DNA of 32,000 nucleotides from Raphidiopsis brookii D9 (GCA_000175855.1 ACYB01000035.1:360001-392000); one strand, 5' to 3'; positions 18,844 to 27,040 are shown, counted from the stretch's first letter. The notes: a model not told the origin generated them from the sequence alone. Numbers and translations are program-made.

Positions 18844-19950
18844 ATGAAATTCTACCTCTACCTCCTAGCTGGCATTAGTTCAGCTCTACTTGGTTGGAAC
18901 ATAGGACAATTTTTCCTAACTGACCTTGGTGTATTTCCACAATATCCAGAAATCACTCTGTTTCCCTGTATAGCTGTTTCCCTGGCCTGTAGTATGGTTA
19001 TGAATGAAATATTCATCAGTAATCCTACCAGACCAAAACGCAGTTTTCAGACTGCCCAACGACCTCTGTTAATTGCCACGGGATTAGGTATTATTTCTGG
19101 CTTGGTAGCTGGTATTATTTCGCAGATTCTGTTTTTGCCAATTATTCGTGTACCTACTCCAATTGTCAGAACTTTGGGATGGTTGTTAATTGGTGCTTCC
19201 GTGGGTCTGGCGGAAGGTTTGACTTGGCGTTGGTATAGCATGGAAGCATTGGGGAAAAAACGCCTGCAACAAAGATTGAGAATTAGTGTTCTTGCTGGAA
19301 GTGGAGCAAGTTTGATCGCAGCAGGTTTATTTGAAGCATTCCGTCTGGGTTTGGGCAGGATGCCAGCAAATTTTAAGAGTGTGGAGGATATCATTGGTTT
19401 CAGTATTTTAGGTTTATTATTGGGTGCTGTTTTTAGTGTGACTAATTCTCCTAGTTATATTGCCGCTTTACGAGCAGGTAAGGGTTTTGAATACAAGTCT
19501 TTTAAAGAAGATATCCCAGATAATTTGGGAGCAAGTTTGGAAGCAAATTATGCATTGATTAATACTAAACATCTGTCATTTGTTAACAATATGGAAGCAA
19601 TGAATGATGTTAAGCACCTGGATGAGATTCAAGAAGGTTTATCTATTCAGTTACCTGCTAGGGGAAAAATTAGAATAGGTTCTGATCTGGTCAATACAGA
19701 TATTACCATTCCTGGATTACCTCCCCACATTGCCGATATTCAAATACAAAAAAGAACTGCTAGTTTGATTCCTGATAGTCAGTTTTTCAATGCGATCGCA
19801 CTGAATGGCAGTCAACTGAAACATCCCCGTGAAGTTCCTTTACGGCATAATTATGTCTTGACGTTATATGTGGTTGACCAAGAAGGTAACAAACAGGAGA
19901 AATATTATCGGTTTGTCTATTACAATCGGTTTCTTGACCCCCAGGCGTAA
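18844..19950 (+). CDS. six-TM membrane protein with a divergent FHA-like C-terminal domain
   Basis: About six hydrophobic helices in residues 1-200. The C-terminus GKIRIGSDLVNTDITIPGLPPHIADIQIQ...NAIALNGSQL...LRHNYVLTL follows the FHA spacing, but the pThr-binding Arg and Ser positions are not conserved. Confidence 0.5.
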   Translation: MKFYLYLLAGISSALLGWNIGQFFLTDLGVFPQYPEITLFPCIAVSLACSMVMNEIFISNPTRPKRSFQTAQRPLLIATGLGIISGLVAGIISQILFLPIIRVPTPIVRTLGWLLIGASVGLAEGLTWRWYSMEALGKKRLQQRLRISVLAGSGASLIAAGLFEAFRLGLGRMPANFKSVEDIIGFSILGLLLGAVFSVTNSPSYIAALRAGKGFEYKSFKEDIPDNLGASLEANYALINTKHLSFVNNMEAMNDVKHLDEIQEGLSIQLPARGKIRIGSDLVNTDITIPGLPPHIADIQIQKRTASLIPDSQFFNAIALNGSQLKHPREVPLRHNYVLTLYVVDQEGNKQEKYYRFVYYNRFLDPQA

Positions 19951-19987
19951 CTGAGGATCCCTAATCAAATTACAATTCGCAGGTATA

Positions 19988-21340
19988 ATGATGAAAAGTA
20001 CACCTCGTTTATTACAGATGACTAATTCACAGAGAATATACGGGACAATATATAATAGCAAAATTAATAGCAAAATTGCCAAAAGGTATTTAAAAACCTA
20101 TTTGATTGGCAAATCTATCACCCTATCCTGGTTTTTAATTGCCGGTCTATTTAGTCCTACATTCGGGGCAATTAAAAAAGCTGAAATTGTAGGTCTTCCC
20201 AATATTAAGGATGATAGGGTGACAATTAAAATCAAGGTAGAAGGTGAAGGTGCTAGACCTGTGATGGGTTTAGAGAGAAACAATTTCGACTTAAAAGTTG
20301 ATGGTAAAAAACTCAAAATTAAACCCAGGGATTGGAAAAGCCCAGAAGAAACCATACCTCCTAGAGCTTGGATTATTGTATTACTAGACTTTAGTGGTAG
20401 TATGAATCAAATAGATAGTGGAGGTAGTAAAAAAATAGCCGGTGCAATTAATGCGATTCGGGAATTTACGAAGGTTTCTAGTGACAGGGGAGGAGATACA
20501 CAAATCTCTGTGGTTCCTTTCGGTGAAGCAGGAAAAAATTGTCCAGAATATACTGTGAATAAGGATACTCTGGATAAGTTTTTGTCAGCTAGTGATTTTA
20601 AACTGCAAAATAGTTTGGAATATTTATCTGGTTTGAACCCTTGTGGATCCACTAATTTATATCAACCCTTAAAGAAAGCTCTGGAGTTTTTAGGTAATCC
20701 AGAGGATCCACGTTTTACCTTACCGGAAAATTCATCGGAGCCAAACCCAAGACTGTCAATAATTCTTTTATCCGATGGCTATCATAATGCTATGAATGAA
20801 TTTCAAGATTTCAATGAGTTAAAATCTTTATTGCAAAGTTACGAAAATATCACTGTACACACTTTAGGGTATGGATTAACACCAAGCCAATTAGGGATAA
20901 AATATAATCTGAATCGACCAGCTACTCGTCGAGATATCAATGAAGGTAAAGTCCCTGAAGAGGAATTTGTCGATCAACAAAGATTGGCGGAGATTGCTAA
21001 TTTAACAGGTGGAATTGCGGAGTTTTCTGGAGACCAAACAGCAATAGCAGAGAATTTGAAATTATTTCTGAATGCTTTGTTAGGAGAATACCAAATTAGC
21101 TATATCCAACCTAATGCAGAGCGAGGAACTTTACATAAGGTCGAGGTACAAGTTAAGGATGGAAATAAGAAGGTTAACTCAAAGTCCGTGCCATATATTA
21201 TGCCCGTATTCGGGCGATCGCTCCCTTTGGCAAATCGTTTGATTATGGTAACATCAATATTATTTATTCTTATAGTTGGTGGGATATTTCCTTTTCGTTG
21301 GTGGGGGGAACATCTCAAGGGACAAGCACAGGGAGAGTAA
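19988..21340 (+). CDS. membrane-anchored von Willebrand factor type A (vWA) domain protein
   Basis: Complete MIDAS motif: VLLDFSGSM (DxSxS), GSTNLYQPL (Thr) and ILLSDGYHN (Asp). There are N-terminal and C-terminal TM helices. The gene starts 37 bp after the FHA-like gene. Confidence 0.8.
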   Translation: MMKSTPRLLQMTNSQRIYGTIYNSKINSKIAKRYLKTYLIGKSITLSWFLIAGLFSPTFGAIKKAEIVGLPNIKDDRVTIKIKVEGEGARPVMGLERNNFDLKVDGKKLKIKPRDWKSPEETIPPRAWIIVLLDFSGSMNQIDSGGSKKIAGAINAIREFTKVSSDRGGDTQISVVPFGEAGKNCPEYTVNKDTLDKFLSASDFKLQNSLEYLSGLNPCGSTNLYQPLKKALEFLGNPEDPRFTLPENSSEPNPRLSIILLSDGYHNAMNEFQDFNELKSLLQSYENITVHTLGYGLTPSQLGIKYNLNRPATRRDINEGKVPEEEFVDQQRLAEIANLTGGIAEFSGDQTAIAENLKLFLNALLGEYQISYIQPNAERGTLHKVEVQVKDGNKKVNSKSVPYIMPVFGRSLPLANRLIMVTSILFILIVGGIFPFRWWGEHLKGQAQGE

Positions 21341-21755
21341 GGTGGTTGGGTTTTTAGGTGATTCCTAGTTAGCTGACCATCAACTTGCCCACCCCACACC
21401 GCGTTCAGTAGAACGATAGTACAACGATGGGTTGGAAATGGGCAACTGGTAACTTGTCTACAGGTTAGAATTAACTGTAGTTTAATTGACTACACTTGAT
21501 CTGATTGAATAGGAATAATCAACAAAATCATTATAACCCAGTGATTTCGAAGGTCTAATTATGACAGACTTTGCTCTAATTCTCAAGGACTTTGTCACGC
21601 AGATTTTTCCTAGGTTACGTACGGAATTAAGGTTCCATCGTAAGTTAGCCAAGGGAGGTCTTAAACCTGACGGAAGTGATATACTAGTTGTTGGATCGGT
21701 TTGCCTCGCAAGGCTATGCTTTGTGCCAGTCACTGCAAGGTCTTCAGCGATCGGG

Positions 21756-21869
21756 GTTCCAATTTCTCTTTATCTCCATAGGAGATTGAAACTGGCGTTT
21801 TTAAAAACCCCAAAAGGGGAATTTTTTAAGAGTTCCAATTTCTCTTTATCTACATAGAAATTTGTTTAC
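21756..21869 (+). CRISPR. CRISPR remnant: one intact 37-nt repeat, one 39-nt spacer, one degenerate terminal repeat
   Basis: Repeat 1 (21756-21792) is GTTCCAATTTCTCTTTATCTCCATAGGAGATTGAAAC, with a hairpin ATCTCC-ATA-GGAGAT and a TGAAAC tail, as in cyanobacterial Cas6-type repeats. Repeat 2 (21832-21869) is identical over its first 20 nt and then degenerate. Confidence 0.6.
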
Positions 21870-21983
21870 GAACGAGAATTTTATAGTGGTTTCCTCAAGA
21901 GTGATTCCCGGTCTATGGTAGGATTGAAAAGTATGAAAAACAAAAAAGTAAAAAAATGAAACTAAAAATTTGGCATTACTACA

Positions 21984-22394
21984 TTGAACATTGAAGAACA
22001 GGGAGAAAAAGAAGGTCGTCCGGTCATGGAAAAAATTAACTTAACTCTCATACCGGCGAATTTAAGGGCTTGGGAAGGGGAAAACAAAGCACTTGCATTA
22101 TTACCAGATATTCAAAAATTAGTATCAGAAAATGATCAACATCGTTGTTTATATGTTATGGATTCTGTGGGAACAGCCAGGAAATTAAAGCAAGCACTAA
22201 GTCAAATGTTCGGTGGTGAAAATTTGGGAGAAGCACACGGAATAGTACAAGCATCGGAAAAAAAGGATGCCTTAAAAAAAGTTCATACAACAGGAACAAG
22301 TGGCATAGAAGTAGGAATAGATTTTACAGATGAATATTTTAAATATCTACTATTATTTGAAGGAAGAACAAGCTCTCAATTTTTACAACGATAA
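21984..22394 (+). pseudogene. fragment of an SF2 helicase C-terminal domain, possibly Cas3-like
   Basis: RCLYVMDSVGTARKLKQAL ... HGIVQASEKKDALKK ... TTGTSGIEVGIDFT ... SSQFLQR-stop. Motifs IV to V are present and the ORF stops inside motif VI (Q..GR..R). There is no N-terminal RecA domain. Confidence 0.5.
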
Positions 22395-22740
22395 AGAAAT
22401 AGAATGTATCATAGGTTTCATAGGACTAAATTTGATGGGTAAAATTTTTATTTGATTGCAAATTCTATCAACGCGAAAATCAAGAAGTTGATTTTTATAT
22501 TTATTGTAATTAAAACACAGTAGATATAGTTTACCCTCTTTACAATCTAAACTTATTGGTTGAACTTGGTGTAGTGAAGGCTTATTTGATCTTTTGCTTG
22601 AGTATAGAAATTCGACTTCTTGAAGAGAACAAATTGCGGATTCTAATTTTTCAATGTTAACACTGTGAGCGCGTAAATCAATTAAATTTTGGGGTGAAAT
22701 GCTAAAGGCTGTACTTTTCTCTAAGAATTTCTTTTGAGAA
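22383..22740 (-). pseudogene. 5'-truncated WYL-domain protein gene (CRISPR-associated regulator type)
   Basis: A manual minus-strand translation, open but with no start codon, reads ...EVEFLYSSKRSNKPSLHQVQPISLDCKEGKLYLLCFNYNKYKNQLLDFRVDRICNQIKIL. This matches the WYL pattern (Y-x-S...V-x-P...g-x-YL...FR-x-DRI). The N-terminal HTH part is absent. It overlaps the helicase fragment tail-to-tail by 12 bp. Confidence 0.5.
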
Positions 22741-22741
22741 T

Positions 22742-22839
22742 AAGGTTAACTCAAATTCCGTGCCATATATTATACCCGTATTCGGGCGATCGCTCCCTTT
22801 GGTAAATCGTTTGGTTATGGTAACATCAATATTATTTAT
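22742..22839 (+). repeat. 98-bp diverged duplicate of the vWA gene 3' end (matches 21171-21267)
   Basis: aaggttaactcaaa[g/t]tccgtgccatatattat[g/a]cccgtattcgggcgatcgctccctttgg[c/t]aaatcgttt[ga/gg]ttatggtaacatcaatattatttat. There are four mismatches. It ends exactly at the IS terminus. Confidence 0.85.
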
Positions 22840-23207
22840 GGCGTTGCACCTGCACGGGATGATGTATAATAAGGGGAAGAATTTTTAGCAGGCGATCGCC
22901 GCGAGGAAGAAATCAAGATGAACTGTCCAAACTGTGATTCCAATAATATTAGAAAAAATGGCCAGAGAAGGGGAAAACAAAATTATCAATGCAAGAATTG
23001 TGGTCGTCAATTTATTGAATCTTATTCTCCTAGAGGTTATTCCCAAGAAGTGAAGGAAGCATGTTTAACCATGTATGTAAATGGGAATGGATTTAGGGCA
23101 ATTGAAAGAATGACTAAAGTAAATCACAATACAGTCATTCGTTGGGTTAAAAAGCTAGGTCATCAGTTACCGGATACTAATAATAATTCCCAAACACCTG
23201 AAGTTTG
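22840..23207 (+). mobile_element. partial IS1-family element (left terminal 368 bp, including the first 96 codons of the transposase)
   Basis: As far as can be read, it is identical to the reverse complement of 23723-24090. ORF 22918-23235 equals the transposase N-terminus up to ...SQTPEV and then diverges. Confidence 0.85.
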
Positions 23208-24090
23208 GGCATTGCATATTTGCGGGATGATTTAAGATTTTCTCCTAATTTGAAAAATTTCTCTTGTAGGACGATTGCGAAGCACTCGGGAGATTGCATT
23301 ATTAATAAAACCCTGATAGTCACCCCCAACTTATTGCAGAAAAACTTTTTTCTCTTAGGTAATAAATTAGTAGTTTAATTGAAAAGCATAGCATCTCTTT
23401 TGACTTGGAATAACAAAATGTCTTACGATGTAGTCTAGCTAAATAGTGACGCAAACGACTGTTTTCTCCCTCAACTCTAGTCATTGATGTTTTACTAATA
23501 ATTTGGTCTCCATCGGGAATAAATTTTGGGTAAACTTTATAGCCATCCGTAATCCAAAAATAGGATTTCCAATGCTCTATCTTTTTCCATAATTTGGCAA
23601 ATGTTTTGGCACTTCTATCTCCCACTACATATTGAATAATTCCCGAACGTTTGTTATCTACAACTGTCCAGACCCATATCTTGTTTTTTTTACCAATAAA
23701 TGTTTCCAACTCATCCAGTTGACAAACTTCAGGTGTTTGGGAATTATTATTAGTATCCGGTAACTGATGACCTAGCTTTTTAACCCAACGAATGACTGTA
23801 TTGTGATTTACTTTAGTCATTCTTTCAATTGCCCTAAATCCATTCCCATTTACATACATGGTTAAACATGCTTCCTTCACTTCTTGGGAATAACCTCTAG
23901 GAGAATAAGATTCAATAAATTGACGACCACAATTCTTGCATTGATAATTTTGTTTTCCCCTTCTCTGGCCATTTTTTCTAATATTATTGGAATCACAGTT
24001 TGGACAGTTCATCTTGATTTCTTCCTCGCGGCGATCGCCTGCTAAAAATTCTTCCCCTTATTATACATCATCCCGTGCAGGTGCAACGCC
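23208..24090 (-). mobile_element. complete IS1-family insertion sequence (about 883 bp) with imperfect terminal inverted repeats
   Basis: The termini are GGCATTGCATATTTGCGGGATGAT (23208-23231) and the reverse complement of 24067-24090, GGCGTTGCACCTGCACGGGATGAT (about 18 of 24 match). A single transposase ORF lies inside. Confidence 0.8.
23320..24012 (-). CDS. IS1-family transposase (single-ORF type)
   Basis: N-terminal zinc finger CPNCDSNNIRKNG...YQCKNCGRQF, an HTH (GFRAIERMTKVNHNTVIRWVKK) and a DDE-type C-terminal half. 230 aa. Confidence 0.9.
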   Translation of the reverse strand: MNCPNCDSNNIRKNGQRRGKQNYQCKNCGRQFIESYSPRGYSQEVKEACLTMYVNGNGFRAIERMTKVNHNTVIRWVKKLGHQLPDTNNNSQTPEVCQLDELETFIGKKNKIWVWTVVDNKRSGIIQYVVGDRSAKTFAKLWKKIEHWKSYFWITDGYKVYPKFIPDGDQIISKTSMTRVEGENSRLRHYLARLHRKTFCYSKSKEMLCFSIKLLIYYLREKSFSAISWG

Positions 24091-24168
24091 TGATTTTTCA
24101 TTCTGACCGGTTAGATTTCGTCGCTTATCAATTTTAACAGTCATTTTTTATACGAGTGATATCCCACA

Positions 24169-25008
24169 ATGACTACAGCAAATTTATCGACTAGTCTCCC
24201 GAACAATCTTCTTTCTGCCGAAGAACTACGTAGAATACATGGCTATTGGCGAGCCTGTAACTACTTAGCTGTAGGAATGATTTATCTTCGTGCTAACCCA
24301 TTATTGCGGGAACCATTAGAGGAAGCTCATATTAAGCACCGACTTTTAGGTCACTGGGGAGCATCTCCGGCTTTGAGTTTTTCCTATATCCACCTTAATC
24401 GTCTGATCAACAAATATGATTTGAATGTCCTATTCATGGCAGGCCCAGGTCATGGTGCTCCTGGGGTTATAGGCCCGGTTTACTTAGAAGGAACCTATTC
24501 GGAGGTTTATCCCGATAAAAGTGAAGATATAGAAGGGATGGAAAAACTGTTCCGTTGGTTTTCTTTCCCTGGTGGTATTGGTAGCCACTGTACACCAGAG
24601 TTACCCGGATCAATTCACGAGGGTGGTGAATTAGGCTATAGTCTTGCCCATGCTTATGGCGCGGCCTATGATCATCCCGATTTATTGGTAGCTTGTGTTG
24701 TGGGTGATGGAGAAGCAGAGACAGGACCCTTAGCAACTGCTTGGCATTCTAATAAGTTTCTTAACCCAATTCGAGATGGCGCAGTACTACCGATTTTGAA
24801 TTTGAACGGTTACAAAATTGCCAATCCTTCCATACTGGCGCGCATTTCCCACTCAGAATTAGAGTCTCTATTTCGGGGGTATGGTTATAATCCCTATTGG
24901 GTAGAAGGAGACGACCCAGAAATCATGCACCAGACAATGGCAACTACTTTGGAAAGGTGCTTTCAAGAGATTCGTCACTATCAACAAGATGAGTACAACA
25001 CTGATTGA
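24169..25008 (+). pseudogene. xfp: phosphoketolase, N-terminal ~280 codons only (full length is about 800 aa)
   Basis: [51 protein letters not shown] and [22 protein letters not shown] are phosphoketolase N-domain signatures. The ORF stops at 25008. A faint out-of-frame echo (RYPLWLVLL versus the expected RPxWPMIVL) follows. Confidence 0.85.
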
Positions 25009-25167
25009 ACAAGCAAGTGGAAAACTTCAGAACAACTGATGGGCGAAGATATCCACTGTGGTTGGTGTTACTGTTGGTCATAATGGGAACAATGAATGGA
25101 TAGGGGGAGGTTGGAAGGTGTAACAATTGAGGATGAACCGATCGATGATGCTACCCCATGAAAAAAA

Positions 25168-25192
25168 CTCCCCACCAGGTGAGGAGCTTTTC
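25168..25192. terminator. Rho-independent terminator-like hairpin flanked by an A7 run and a T-rich tract
   Basis: The sequence is aaaaaaa-CTCCCCAC-cag-GTGAGGAG-ctttt: an 8-bp stem with one mismatch, followed by a U-tract. Confidence 0.4.
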
Positions 25193-25366
25193 TATTCTCT
25201 CTGCTGTTTGGATAGATGGTTTTTTGCTGGTATAATTCACAGGGCGATCGCTTGATTACTTAAACTCTCCATTATACAATCTAGCTGGATGACAGCTTAT
25301 AATGTTGGCATTTGCTGTTTAGATATCTGACAAGCAAACCTTGGAGATTTAGTCCAAATCATTACT

Positions 25367-26887
25367 ATGGTTAAATACTTATCAATGCTATCAATAGCGT
25401 TATCAATCCTGTCTTCTAGCTTCAATCCTCAACTAAATAAGTTAACCTCTTTCCTTAAATCCCAAACTACTGAAGTGTTAGTTAGTAAAACACTACCTGC
25501 TTTTCCTGGAGCTGAGGGTTTTGGGGCCAATGTTACCGGTGGACGAGGTGGGAAAGTCATCTATGTAACTACCACTGCAAACTCCGGTCCGGGATCTCTC
25601 CAGTGGGCAATTGATCAACCGGGTCCTAAGTATATTCTATTCAAAGTTAGCGGACTAATTAACACCCGTATTCATTTGCGAAATGGTGACGTAACCATTG
25701 CTGGGCATACATCTCCTGGAGGAATTACTATTCGGGGGTTTGTTACCGATGAAACCCCCTTTCAGGATCAGGCAATTCGGGCCCCAAGTGACTATGCGGA
25801 AAACTGGATTTTGCAGCATGTTAGTATTCGTCCCGGACTGAATGGACCTAGTGACGATGGTCTGCGCCTTCGATATACCCGCAGAGCAATGGTGGATCAT
25901 GTCTCCGTAGGGAATGCAACCGATGAAGCAGTGGAAATTTCTTATTCCAATAACATCACAATCCAAAATTCTATCCTGGCGGAAACCTTGGGGGGGCATT
26001 CTTTCTATGGAGGAATGCTGATTAACTACTCCAACCCCACCCATGGTTTTGGCTTGGACAATTTATCTATCCACCACAATTTGTTTGTCCGAATTGAGGG
26101 GCGATTACCTGAAGCCTCGCGGGAATCAAGAGCTGCAGCTAGGAGCACCATGAATTTAGAGATATCTAACAATCTTTACTGGGATCCTCGTTTCTTTATA
26201 GCCCTGGGAGCTAATACGGGGCAACTAGTCGATGGTAATAGTCGGCCTTATCCTATTTATTATCGTCTAAATGCAGTAGGTAACTATTTTCGTACTGGCA
26301 GTACCTTTCCCTATGGAATGTGGGATGACCAGATTTTACGAGAAACCTCTGCGTCGGGCAATGAAGTTTATGTGCAAGATAACAAAATAAGTCTGTATCC
26401 AACTCGCTCTGACTATGAACTGTTTTACTGCTGCAATGACTATGCCCAAGAAAAGAATCCTGACAAAACCTCTCGACAAGCTAAGAAAAGAACTTCTCGG
26501 CATAATTTTCCTACCATTACCTACACACCTGCTACTTCCCTACCTATTATGCTGCCGAAACAAGTAGGGGCTTGGCCTCGCGATGGAATGGACAAGCGAT
26601 TGGTGCAACCTATACAAAACAATCGCATTGACACAGCCAATATTAATACTAATTCAGCCAGGGATGCTCTGATTCCTGCTTACCTGGGATCACCGCCTGC
26701 ACCACCAACTGATCGGGACAATGACGGTATGCCCGATGCTTGGGAAATTGCCAGGGGTTTAAATCCCAATTTATCTAATCACAATGGTTACAATCTTTCT
26801 TCTCGTGGTTATACTAATCTTGAGGTTTATCTGCACGAGCTATCAACCAAGATATTAGGCGTTGGATTCCCACGGAATAATCTATAA
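25367..26887 (+). CDS. secreted pectate-lyase-like / right-handed beta-helix polysaccharide lyase family protein
   Basis: A signal-like N-terminus, then FPGAEGFGANVTGGRGGKVIYVTTTANSGPGSLQWAI (the typical PL1-like N-terminus). The C-terminus has a DRDNDGMPDAWE calcium-binding-type repeat. Confidence 0.7.
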   Translation: MVKYLSMLSIALSILSSSFNPQLNKLTSFLKSQTTEVLVSKTLPAFPGAEGFGANVTGGRGGKVIYVTTTANSGPGSLQWAIDQPGPKYILFKVSGLINTRIHLRNGDVTIAGHTSPGGITIRGFVTDETPFQDQAIRAPSDYAENWILQHVSIRPGLNGPSDDGLRLRYTRRAMVDHVSVGNATDEAVEISYSNNITIQNSILAETLGGHSFYGGMLINYSNPTHGFGLDNLSIHHNLFVRIEGRLPEASRESRAAARSTMNLEISNNLYWDPRFFIALGANTGQLVDGNSRPYPIYYRLNAVGNYFRTGSTFPYGMWDDQILRETSASGNEVYVQDNKISLYPTRSDYELFYCCNDYAQEKNPDKTSRQAKKRTSRHNFPTITYTPATSLPIMLPKQVGAWPRDGMDKRLVQPIQNNRIDTANINTNSARDALIPAYLGSPPAPPTDRDNDGMPDAWEIARGLNPNLSNHNGYNLSSRGYTNLEVYLHELSTKILGVGFPRNNL

Positions 26888-27040
26888 TGGTATATGCCTT
26901 TCTAAGTTCAATGTGCGCATCATTCCCGATCATTACCAATTGAAGTGGGGTTGGTTTTCAGTCTGAGCAAACGTAACCTCATTAAAGCGAATTGGGAATA
27001 AATTAAGATAAACAATCCTGGTGATTCAATTGGCGATAAG

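Noticed and set aside
21341-21400. A terminator directly after the vWA gene (ggtggttgggttttt).
   Set aside because: No convincing stem can be drawn. There is only a G-rich run followed by Ts.
21482-21857. ORFs 21482-21733 (-) and 21561-21857 (+).
   Set aside because: They overlap each other. The + ORF runs through the CRISPR repeat and spacer. Neither has motifs. The region is more plausibly leader or noncoding sequence.
21400-21960. A type V-K CRISPR-associated transposon (tracrRNA plus short array plus atypical repeat), and extra degenerate repeats at 21631-21666 (GGTTCCATCG...CTTAAAC) and 21889-21931 (GTTTCC...CCCGGTCTATGGTAGGATTGAAAAG).
   Set aside because: No tnsB, tnsC, tniQ or cas12k genes and no Tn7-like ends are visible. 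The intact repeat ends ATTGAAAC rather than the GTTGAAAG I recall for V-K. The extra repeat-like strings do not sit at CRISPR spacing (124 and 57 nt offsets versus the 76-nt period), and the similarity is by eye only.
22918-23235. The 105-aa ORF considered as an independent small zinc-finger gene.
   Set aside because: It is the first 96 codons of the IS1 transposase from the truncated IS copy, followed by 9 out-of-context codons read from the terminus of the adjacent IS.
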